Source of the DNA: an uncultured Acidobacteriota bacterium
GTDB taxonomy: Bacteria; Acidobacteriota; Thermoanaerobaculia; UBA5066
Direction of reading: 5' to 3'
Length of the DNA: 64,000 bases
Assembly (NCBI GenBank): GCA_963779415.1
Contig: CAVZYA010000002.1
Span: forward strand, 1,504,001 to 1,568,000
Shown: positions 1-7,656 of the stretch, in pieces
How the letters are laid out: each line of letters begins with the position of its first letter
Numbering within the stretch: the stretch's first letter is position 1
Position numbers and translations under genes: made by a program
The notes under the pieces: generated by a model
Seen by the model: the letters and a program-made list of their open reading frames with translations, nothing else
Told to the model about the DNA's origin: nothing
Databases searched by the model: none

Positions 1-2
1 GG

Positions 3-131
3 ACCTACTCGTCCATCTTCATCGCCGCCCCGCTCGTCATCGTCTGGGAGGACTGGAAGACGAAGCGCGCCGCGGCGCGCAAGAGCGCCGCCGAGCCGTC
101 CGGAAAGAAAGCGGCCGCGAAGGCCCGTTAG
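3..131 (+). CDS. secF: Protein translocase subunit SecF (or SecDF), 3' end only
   Basis: Frame from nt 3 reads (G)TYSSIFIAAPLVIVWEDW...KAR-TAG; GTYSSIFIAxP is the characteristic last TM motif of SecF. Truncated by window edge. Confidence 0.8.
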   Translation, partial: TYSSIFIAAPLVIVWEDWKTKRAAARKSAAEPSGKKAAAKAR

Positions 132-1381
132 CCGGCCGCGCCGTCCCGCTCGCTCCCGAGGACGCCTTCCCAGCGCGCCACGACGACCGCCGCGACGCAG
201 TTGCCCGCGACGTTGATCGAGGTGCGGCCCATGTCCATGAGCCCGTCCACGGCGAGGATCATGGCGACGCCCGCCTCGGCCGGCAGGCCGAAGCCTGCGC
301 AGCCGGCCGCGATGATCACGAGCGCCCCCCGCGGGACGGCCGCGACGCCCTTGGACGTGAGCATCAGGACGAGGCACATCGAGACCTGCTCGGCGAGCGT
401 CAGGTGGCGCCCGGCGGCCTGCGCGATCGTCATCGTCGCGAGGACGATGTAGAGGGTCGAGCCGTCGAGGTTGAAGCTGTAGCCCGCGGGGAGGACGAAC
501 CCGGCGACGCCTTTCGGGACGCCGAACTCGACGACGCGCTCGAGCGCGCGGGGGAGCGCCGCTTCCGAGGAGGCCGTCGAGAAGGCGATCAGGAACGGCT
601 CGCGGACCTTCGCGAAGAAGCGCCGGACGGAAACGCCCGCGATCTTGAGAGCCGGGACGAAGACGACGAGGGCGAAGACGACGAGCGCGGCGTAGAGCGA
701 CCCGACGAGCTTCGCGTAGTTCCCGAGGACCGTGATCCCGTGGTGCGAGACGGCGCCCGCCATCGCGCCGAAGACGCCGAGGGGCGTCAGGGACATCACG
801 TAGTCCGTGAGCTGGAAGAGGACGGTGACGGCCGAGTCGAGGAAGTCGACGAACGGCCGGGCGCGGTTGGTGCCGACGTGCGCGGCCGCGACGCCGAGGA
901 GGGTCGCGAAGATGACGACCTGGAGCATGTCCTGCTTCGCCATGGCCTCGACCGGATTCGACGGGAAGAGGTGGAGAAGCGTCTCGACGAGCCCCTTCGG
1001 CTTCGCGAGCGCCTCTCCGGACGGCGGGAGCGTCAGGCCGAGGCCGGGCTTCACGGCGTTCGCGAAGACGAGGCCGATCACGAGCGCGACCGTCGTCGCG
1101 GCCTCGAAGTAGATCAGGGCCTTGATGCCCATCCGGCCCACGGCCTTCACGTCGGCCGTCTTCCCGATCCCGACGACGATCATCGCGAAGATGAGCGGGA
1201 CGACGAGCATCTTGATGAGGCTGATGAAGGCCTGCGAGAGGAACCGGAAGATCTCATAGGCCGCCGGGTGGGTCTCGGCCGGGAGGAGATGGCCGAGGAC
1301 GATGCCGAGGGCGAGGGCGTAGAGAATGAGGGCGGTCGAGGAGAGCCAGGGAGCGCGGCGGCGTCCTGGAGCTCGTGTCAC
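128..1381 (-). CDS. Dicarboxylate/amino acid:cation symporter (DAACS; GltP/DctA-like)
   Basis: Motifs LIKMLVVPLIF, AFSTASSEAALP, GYSFNLDGS, TSKGVAAVP, MDMGRTSINVAGN. Start placed at GTG 1381 (GTGA overlap with dedA stop). Confidence 0.9.
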   Translation of the reverse strand: MTRAPGRRRAPWLSSTALILYALALGIVLGHLLPAETHPAAYEIFRFLSQAFISLIKMLVVPLIFAMIVVGIGKTADVKAVGRMGIKALIYFEAATTVALVIGLVFANAVKPGLGLTLPPSGEALAKPKGLVETLLHLFPSNPVEAMAKQDMLQVVIFATLLGVAAAHVGTNRARPFVDFLDSAVTVLFQLTDYVMSLTPLGVFGAMAGAVSHHGITVLGNYAKLVGSLYAALVVFALVVFVPALKIAGVSVRRFFAKVREPFLIAFSTASSEAALPRALERVVEFGVPKGVAGFVLPAGYSFNLDGSTLYIVLATMTIAQAAGRHLTLAEQVSMCLVLMLTSKGVAAVPRGALVIIAAGCAGFGLPAEAGVAMILAVDGLMDMGRTSINVAGNCVAAVVVARWEGVLGSERDGAAG

Positions 1382-2043
1382 GCGGCGGGGCCCGCCTCCG
1401 GCGACTCCTTCCGGGCGCGCCGGATCTTCCACGCCTCGACGGCGAGCGGAATCATCGAGATCGCGATGATCACGAGGATGGCGACGGAGAAGTTCCGCTT
1501 CACGACGGGGATGTTCCCGAAAAAATAGCCCGAGAGGACGCAGATCAGGACCCAGGCCACGCCGCCGATGACGTTGTAGGAGAGGAAGACGCCGTAGCTC
1601 ATCGATCCGACGCCCGCGACGAAGGGGGCGAACGTCCGGACGATCGGGACGAAGCGGGCGATGATGATCGTCTTCTTCCCGTGCTTCTCGTAGAAGGCCT
1701 CCGTCTTCCGGAGGTGCTCCTGCTTGAGAAAGCGGATCGAGCCGTCAAAGGCCCGGGGGCCGATCTTCTTCCCGATCCAGTAGTTCGCCGTGTCGCCGAG
1801 AATCGCGGCCGCCGAGAGGACCGCGAGAAGGACGCCGAGGGGGAGCGACCCGAGCGACGCGAGCGTCCCGGCCGTGAAGAGGAGCGAGTCGCCGGGGAGG
1901 AAGGGCGTGACGACGAGGCCCGTCTCGCAGAAGACGATGACGAAGAGGATGACGTTCGTGAAGGCGCCGTAGTCGCGCGTCACTTCGGTGAGGTGGCGGT
2001 CGAGGTGGAGGAAGATGTCGACGAGCTGCCGAAGAAAGTCCAA
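1378..2043 (-). CDS. dedA: DedA family membrane protein
   Basis: FCETGLVVTPFLPGDSLLFTAG and ARFVPIVRTFAPFVAG motifs; TTG start at 2043 preceded by GAGGAG. Confidence 0.92.
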   Translation of the reverse strand: MDFLRQLVDIFLHLDRHLTEVTRDYGAFTNVILFVIVFCETGLVVTPFLPGDSLLFTAGTLASLGSLPLGVLLAVLSAAAILGDTANYWIGKKIGPRAFDGSIRFLKQEHLRKTEAFYEKHGKKTIIIARFVPIVRTFAPFVAGVGSMSYGVFLSYNVIGGVAWVLICVLSGYFFGNIPVVKRNFSVAILVIIAISMIPLAVEAWKIRRARKESPEAGPAA

Positions 2044-2103
2044 TCGTCTCCTCTTTCGCGCGGAGGATAGCCGGAAAACCCGCGATGCCGCGATAATCGG
2101 GGG

Positions 2104-4296
2104 GTGCTGAGGTTCGAGGACATCCTCGAGAAGGTGGAGAGCTACCATCCGAAGGTGGACGAGGCGCTGCTGCGCCGCGCCTACGTCGTCTCCGCGAACG
2201 CCCACCGCAACCAGATCCGCTCCTCCGGCGAGCCGTACCTCATCCACCCGCTCAACGTCGCGATGATCCTCGCCGAGCTCCGGCTGGACGAGGTGTCGAT
2301 CGCGACGGGCCTCCTGCACGACGTCCTCGAGGACACGGAGATGACGAAGGAGCGGCTCGCCGAGCTGTTCGGGGAGGACGTCGCGCACCTCGTCGACGGC
2401 GTCACGAAGATCGGCCGCTACGCCTTCACCTCGCGAGAGGCGCAGCAGGCCGAGACGTTCCGGAAGATGCTCCTCGCGATGACGGACGACCTCCGGGTCA
2501 TCCTCGTCAAGCTCGCGGACCGCCTCCACAACATGAGGACGCTCGAGCACCTTCCGGACGAGAAGAGGCGCGCGGTGGCCGCCGAGACGATGGAGATCTA
2601 CGCGCCCCTCGCGAACCGTCTCGGGATGGGGAAGATGAAAGGGGAGCTGGAAGACCTTTCCTTCCGGTTCCTCCATCCCGAGGAGCACGCCGCGCTCGCA
2701 GCCGCCATCGACGAACGCCTGAAGACGTCGGCCGCGAGCGTCGAGCGGATCCGGAGAGAGCTCATCGAGAAGACGCGCGCCGCGGGGATCGAAGCGGAGG
2801 TGACGGGGCGGGTCAAGCGCTTCTGGTCGATCCGGCAGAAGCTCCGCCGGCAGCAGATCCCGCTCGAGCAGCTCTACGACATCCTCGCGTTCCGGATCCT
2901 CGTGGAGACGATCCCGCACTGCTACTCCGTCCTCGGCATCGTCCACCAGGCCTGGCGTCCGCTTCCGGGCCGGATCAAGGACTACATCGCGATGCCGAAG
3001 CCGAACTTCTACCAGGCCCTTCACACGACGCTCGTTCCGGAGAACGCACCCCCCTTCGAGGTGCAGATCCGGACTCGCGAGATGGAGATGATCGCCGAGC
3101 ACGGGATCGCGGCCCACTGGAAGTACAAGGAGGGGAAGCTCGACCCGAAAGCGGACGAGGCCTCGATCGGGATGGTCCGGCAGCTCCTCGAGACCACGCG
3201 GGAGATCTCCAACCCGCGCGAGTTCCTGACGGCGCTCCGCATCGATCTCTATCCGGACGAGGTCTACACGTTCTCGCCGAAGGGAGCCGTCTTCTCGTTC
3301 CCGCGCGGGGCGACGCCGATCGACTTCGCCTACCGCATCCACACCGGCGTGGGGCATCACTGCGTCGGCGCCCGGGTGAACGGACGCCTCCTCCCGCTCA
3401 AGACGCCGCTCGAGAACGGCGACATCGTCGAGATCCTGACGTCGCCGTCGGCCCAGCCGTCGCGGGACTGGCTCGGGTTCGCCGTGACGTCCCGGGCGAA
3501 GAACAAGATCCGGGCCTTCATCCACGCCGCGGAGAAGGAGAAGTCGATCGAGATCGGACGGCGGCTTCTCGAGCGCGAGCTGAAGAGGTTCAAGAAGAGC
3601 CTGGCGCGCCTCGTCGAGCAGAAGGCCTTCGACCCGTGGCTGGCCGAATTCGGCTCCGCGAAGCTGGAGGATCTCCTCGCGGACGTCGGGTACGGGAAGG
3701 TCCTGCCGAAGGCGGTCGTCGCCAGGCTGCTGCCGGCCGAGACCGAAGGCGCGGAGGCGCCCCCTCCGGCCCCCTCCCGCGTCGCCACCCTCCGGTCGGC
3801 GATGCGGCGCGTCCTGCCGTTCGGGGCGGCCGCGGGGATCCGCGTGAAGGGGGAGAACGACCTCCTCGCCACGCTCGCGGAATGCTGCCGGCCCGTTCCC
3901 GGGGACGAGATCGTCGGCTACGTCACGCGCGGGCGCGGCGTCTCCGTCCACGCCACCGCCTGCCCGAACGTCCGGAACCTCCTCTTCGACCCCGCCCGGG
4001 AGATCGAGGTGGAGTGGCACAGCGCGAAGGACTCCTCGTTCACGGTGGACCTGGAGATCCGGACCGAGGACAAGCCGGGGATGCTCGCGAAAATCACACA
4101 GGTGATCTCGGCGGCGGGCTCCAACATCCGGTCGATCGAGGCCCGCACCTCCCGCGACGGGACGGCGACGATCGAGGGGAGCGTGACGACCCGGGACCGG
4201 CGCCACCTGGAGAAGCTCCTCGTGACGCTCCGGCGGGTCCCCGGCGTGACCGAGGTCCGGCGACGGTTCAACCTTTCGGGGGTCGAGGCGGGCTGA
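2104..4296 (+). CDS. rel: Bifunctional (p)ppGpp synthetase/hydrolase (long RSH, Rel type)
   Basis: Intact HD motif (LLHDVLEDT), synthetase RIKDYIAMPKPNFYQALHTT / EVQIRT (RxKD type), TGS (ATPIDFAYRIHT), CC and ACT domains. Confidence 0.95.
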   Translation: MLRFEDILEKVESYHPKVDEALLRRAYVVSANAHRNQIRSSGEPYLIHPLNVAMILAELRLDEVSIATGLLHDVLEDTEMTKERLAELFGEDVAHLVDGVTKIGRYAFTSREAQQAETFRKMLLAMTDDLRVILVKLADRLHNMRTLEHLPDEKRRAVAAETMEIYAPLANRLGMGKMKGELEDLSFRFLHPEEHAALAAAIDERLKTSAASVERIRRELIEKTRAAGIEAEVTGRVKRFWSIRQKLRRQQIPLEQLYDILAFRILVETIPHCYSVLGIVHQAWRPLPGRIKDYIAMPKPNFYQALHTTLVPENAPPFEVQIRTREMEMIAEHGIAAHWKYKEGKLDPKADEASIGMVRQLLETTREISNPREFLTALRIDLYPDEVYTFSPKGAVFSFPRGATPIDFAYRIHTGVGHHCVGARVNGRLLPLKTPLENGDIVEILTSPSAQPSRDWLGFAVTSRAKNKIRAFIHAAEKEKSIEIGRRLLERELKRFKKSLARLVEQKAFDPWLAEFGSAKLEDLLADVGYGKVLPKAVVARLLPAETEGAEAPPPAPSRVATLRSAMRRVLPFGAAAGIRVKGENDLLATLAECCRPVPGDEIVGYVTRGRGVSVHATACPNVRNLLFDPAREIEVEWHSAKDSSFTVDLEIRTEDKPGMLAKITQVISAAGSNIRSIEARTSRDGTATIEGSVTTRDRRHLEKLLVTLRRVPGVTEVRRRFNLSGVEAG

Positions 4297-4305
4297 AGTG
4301 GATCA

Positions 4306-4330
4306 GGGGAACCCGATGGCCGGGTTCCCC
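4306..4330. terminator. 10-bp hairpin between convergent rel and rpmB (probable terminator)
   Basis: GGGGAACCCG-ATGGC-CGGGTTCCCC perfect stem; no strong U tract. Confidence 0.55.
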
Positions 4331-4367
4331 CGAACTCCCTCCGCGCCCTACGGAGAGAATTTCGGGG

Positions 4368-4562
4368 CTACCGGACGACCTTCGTGACCTTCCCGCTGCG
4401 AAGACAGCGTGTACAGACCTTGATCCGTTTTGAGCCGCCGGGCGTGGCGGCCCGGACGCTCTTCACGTTCGGCCGGAAGCGCCGGTTGGAAACGTTGTGG
4501 GCATGGCTGATGCGGTGGCCGGCCACCGAGGTCTTTCCGCAGATGTCGCAGGCGTGGGCCAT
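4368..4562 (-). CDS. rpmB: 50S ribosomal protein L28 (Cys-containing type)
   Basis: MAHACDICGK...GHRISHAHNVSNRRFRPN...KVCTRCLRSGKV, 64 aa. Confidence 0.95.
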   Translation of the reverse strand: MAHACDICGKTSVAGHRISHAHNVSNRRFRPNVKSVRAATPGGSKRIKVCTRCLRSGKVTKVVR

Positions 4563-4599
4563 GGAGTCCTTCCTCGCCCGGCCGGGCGACCGGGTCGGG

Positions 4600-4628
4600 T
4601 TTATACGCTCCGGGGAAGCGCGATGCAA
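4600..4628 (-). promoter_or_regulatory. Sigma70-type promoter for rpmB
   Basis: Minus strand TTGCAT-17 nt-TATAAA, with the -10 box ending 37 nt upstream of the ATG. Confidence 0.6.
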
Positions 4629-4750
4629 GCGAAATCGCCTATTCCTAAGAACTTGACACTCCCCGTGGGAGGTGGGGGAAAATAACGCTCGGAACTCTGC
4701 CTGAATACGTTGATTGCCTCTGACGTTTGAGGAGGGAGGGCAGCCGAACC

Positions 4751-5806
4751 GTGCTGTTCCGGAAACCCAAGAACCTCGTAGGGCTCGATATCGGTTCGTC
4801 GGCCGTCAAGCTGGTGGAGCTTCGCGAGGGAAAAGAAGGCTCCTACCAGCTCGTGCGGGCGGGCCTCGAGACCCTCTCCCCGGAGGCGATCGTCGACGGC
4901 TCGATCATGGACTCCTCCCTCGTCGTCGAGGCCATCTCAAGGCTCCTCCAGTCGACCGGCGCCAAGGGGCAGAACGTCGCCGTCTCCGTCTCCGGCCACT
5001 CGGTCATCGTGAAGAAGATCCTCCTGCCGATGATGCCGGAGGAAGAACTGGCCGAGTCGATCCGCTGGGAAGCGGAGCAGTACGTCCCGTTCGACATCAA
5101 CGACGTCTACCTCGACTATGTCGTCCTCGACCCGGGAGCCGTGGGAGAGACGATGTCGGTCCTCCTCGTGGCGGCCAAGCGGGAGAAGGTGGACGACCTG
5201 AAGAACGTCGTCACGCAGGCGGGTCGGATCTCCTCGCTCGTGGACGTGGACGTCTTCGCCCTGCAGAACTGCTACGAGGTGAACTACGGCCTCGACCCGG
5301 GTCGGGTGGTCGCCCTCGTGAACATCGGCGCCTCGGTCATGAACGTGAACGTCGTCGCGCAGGGGCAGACGGTCTTCTGGCGTGACATCACGTTCGGTGG
5401 CAACCAGTTCACCGACGCTCTGCAGAAGGCCTATTCCCTGAACTTCGAGCAGGCCGAGGCCCTGAAGAAGGGCGAGCCCGTGGCCGGGCAGAGCGCGCAC
5501 TCTGTCCAGCCCGTTCTCACCGGGGTCTCGGAAGACGTGGCGGCCGAGCTCCAGAAGACGATCGACTTCTTCCAGGCCACCTCCGGCGCCGAGCGCGTCG
5601 ACGCGATGATGCTCTCGGGAGGAGGGGCGAAGGTCGCGAATCTCGACCTCGTCCTGAAGGAGAAGTTCAACCTTCCGGTCGAGATGCTCAACCCGTTCCG
5701 GTCCATCATCGCCGACGAGCGGGTCGTGGACGCCGCATGGCTCACCGAGAACGCGCCTTCGCTCTCGGTCGCCGTGGGCCTCGGCGTCCGGCGGATCGGG
5801 GAGTAG
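4751..5806 (+). CDS. pilM: Type IV pilus assembly protein PilM
   Basis: VGLDIGSSAVKLVEL, IRWEAEQYVPFDI, VNIGASVMN, LSGGGAK actin-like motifs; GGAGG upstream of GTG. Confidence 0.95.
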   Translation: MLFRKPKNLVGLDIGSSAVKLVELREGKEGSYQLVRAGLETLSPEAIVDGSIMDSSLVVEAISRLLQSTGAKGQNVAVSVSGHSVIVKKILLPMMPEEELAESIRWEAEQYVPFDINDVYLDYVVLDPGAVGETMSVLLVAAKREKVDDLKNVVTQAGRISSLVDVDVFALQNCYEVNYGLDPGRVVALVNIGASVMNVNVVAQGQTVFWRDITFGGNQFTDALQKAYSLNFEQAEALKKGEPVAGQSAHSVQPVLTGVSEDVAAELQKTIDFFQATSGAERVDAMMLSGGGAKVANLDLVLKEKFNLPVEMLNPFRSIIADERVVDAAWLTENAPSLSVAVGLGVRRIGE

Positions 5807-5818
5807 CGGGGAACGCCG

Positions 5819-6454
5819 ATGATCCGCATCAACCTCCTCGCCGAAGCCAAGCCCGTCCGGAAGAAGCGGGGCGTCGCGGCGCTCGGGCGCGGCGGGCGCT
5901 TCAACACGATCCTGATCGGCGTCGCGATGGGCGTCGCCATCCTCGCGCTTCTCGTCCACTGGTGGATCCTGACGATGCGGATACGAGCCCAGGAAGAAAG
6001 GATCCGCGTGGCGCAGGTCGAGGTCACGCGGCTCGAGTCCGTTCTCAAGGAGGTCAAGGACTTCGAGACGAAGAAGGCGAAGCTCCAGAAGAAAGTCGAT
6101 CTCATCCACCAGCTCAAGCAGAACCAGCGCGGCCCCGTCCGTCTGTTGGACGAGGTTTCCAAGGCCCTTCCCGACCTCGTCTGGCTCGAGCGGCTCGACT
6201 ACCGCGGGAACTCGATCAACATCGTCGGCAAGGCCTTCAACCCGCCGGCCGTCGCGAACTTCCTGGAGAACCTGAAGCGCGTTCCGGCGTTCCAGGAGCC
6301 GAAGGTGTCCTTCCAGCAGTGCGGCGCGGGCGGCGTCCAGCTCGACTGCTTCAACCTTTCCTTCACCTTCACGACGCTCGACCGGCTGCAGTCCGAGACC
6401 GCGGCACCGCCGCCGTCGACGACCGCGCCGGCGAGCGCGGCCCCGGGGAAGTGA
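5819..6454 (+). CDS. pilN: Type IV pilus assembly protein PilN
   Basis: MIRINLL N-terminal PilM-binding motif, TM, coiled coil, LPDLVWL. Confidence 0.93.
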   Translation: MIRINLLAEAKPVRKKRGVAALGRGGRFNTILIGVAMGVAILALLVHWWILTMRIRAQEERIRVAQVEVTRLESVLKEVKDFETKKAKLQKKVDLIHQLKQNQRGPVRLLDEVSKALPDLVWLERLDYRGNSINIVGKAFNPPAVANFLENLKRVPAFQEPKVSFQQCGAGGVQLDCFNLSFTFTTLDRLQSETAAPPPSTTAPASAAPGK

Positions 6455-6461
6455 GAGCGCC

Positions 6462-7121
6462 ATGGCGATCGATCTGAAGCAGCTCGAAGAGAAGCCCTGG
6501 TACTACGGCCTCGGCGTGGGGCTTCTCCTTGCCGGGCTCCTCTACTTCGCGGCCTACTTCTACCTCCTCGACCTCTCCGGGATGCAGCACAAGCTCGAAG
6601 GGAAGAGGGCCGAGATCGACCAGCTCAACCAGAAGATCACGCAGGGGCGGGCGGCGGAGCGCCGCCTCCCGCAGCTTCGCGAAGAGGTCCGGCGGACGGA
6701 GCTCGACCTGCAGCGCCTCCTCCAGATCCTTCCGACGGCCCGCAACGCCGAGGAGCTGATCAAGCGGTTCGAGCAGCTCGCTCGACAGGGAGACTTCTCC
6801 CTTCGCCGGTTCCAGCCGAAGGACTACATCAATCGGGACTTCTACGCGGAGTGGCCGATCGAGATCCAGATCGACGGCTCCTATCATAACGTCGCCCTTT
6901 TCTTCGACAAGATGGCCCGCTTCTCCCGGATCGTGAACGTGGAGGATCTTCAGATTACGGGAATCCCGGAGAAGGCAGGGCACACCATTTCCGCCCAGTT
7001 CACCGCGAAGACGTTCATCTACCTCGGGGACCAGGCATCCGCGGCGCCGCCGCCTCCGGCCGGGCGGCCCCGAATGAAGCCCGCCGCACCTGCCGAGCGG
7101 AAGGAAGGGGCCGAGGGATGA
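6462..7121 (+). CDS. pilO: Type IV pilus assembly protein PilO
   Basis: TM + coiled coil + FYAEWPIEIQIDGSYHNVALFFDKMARFSRIVNV; position in operon. Confidence 0.93.
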   Translation: MAIDLKQLEEKPWYYGLGVGLLLAGLLYFAAYFYLLDLSGMQHKLEGKRAEIDQLNQKITQGRAAERRLPQLREEVRRTELDLQRLLQILPTARNAEELIKRFEQLARQGDFSLRRFQPKDYINRDFYAEWPIEIQIDGSYHNVALFFDKMARFSRIVNVEDLQITGIPEKAGHTISAQFTAKTFIYLGDQASAAPPPPAGRPRMKPAAPAERKEGAEG

Positions 7122-7591
7122 CGATGCGCCGCATCACGCTTCTCGCGCTCCTTCTCGCCGCCCTGCCGGCCTTCGGCCAGACCCCGACGCCGGTCCCGAC
7201 GCCCGCGGCCGAACCGCCGAAGAACGACGATGCCGACCTGTCCGCTCCCGCTTATCAGTACGAAGTCGGCGGGCGGCGGGACCCGTTCCGCTCCCTGCTC
7301 GTCCGGAACACGACCGAGCGGACGCGCCTCCGGCCGCCGGGACTCGCGGGCGTCATGGTCGACGAAATCGTCCTTGAAGGAACGATCAAGGCCAAGAGCG
7401 GCTGGATGGCATTCATCCGTTCGGCCGACAACCGATCCTACGTGCTCCGAAAAGGTCAGGCACTGTTCGATGGCGAGGTCATGGAAATCACGGCCAACGA
7501 AGTCGTTTTCCGGCAGAACGTGAACGACCCGACGAATCCGAAACCATTCCGGGAAGTGACCAAGTCCATGGGTCTGCAGAGGAAGCCGTGA
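7118..7591 (+). CDS. pilP: Type IV pilus assembly protein PilP-like
   Basis: Signal peptide, YxYEVGGRRDPFRSL motif, beta domain; lies between pilO and pilQ. No lipobox Cys. Confidence 0.8.
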   Translation: MTMRRITLLALLLAALPAFGQTPTPVPTPAAEPPKNDDADLSAPAYQYEVGGRRDPFRSLLVRNTTERTRLRPPGLAGVMVDEIVLEGTIKAKSGWMAFIRSADNRSYVLRKGQALFDGEVMEITANEVVFRQNVNDPTNPKPFREVTKSMGLQRKP

Positions 7592-7656
7592 CGGACGTGC
7601 ACGCGCTCGCCTCTCTGGGGTCGACTTGCGGGACCTCGCCTTCCGGGGGAGGAAGC

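Noticed and set aside
1378-4206. 942-aa minus-strand ORF, and other long antisense or alternate-frame ORFs (8200-10461, 34592-36790, 47215-50487, 30984-33698, 52554-54893)
   Set aside because: Shadow ORFs from high GC3 codon bias; only their terminal parts (dedA, permease, 133-aa protein) are real genes where noted.
4653-4690. TTGACA-based promoter for pilM
   Set aside because: Perfect -35 but no convincing -10 at 16-18 nt, so not reported as a feature.
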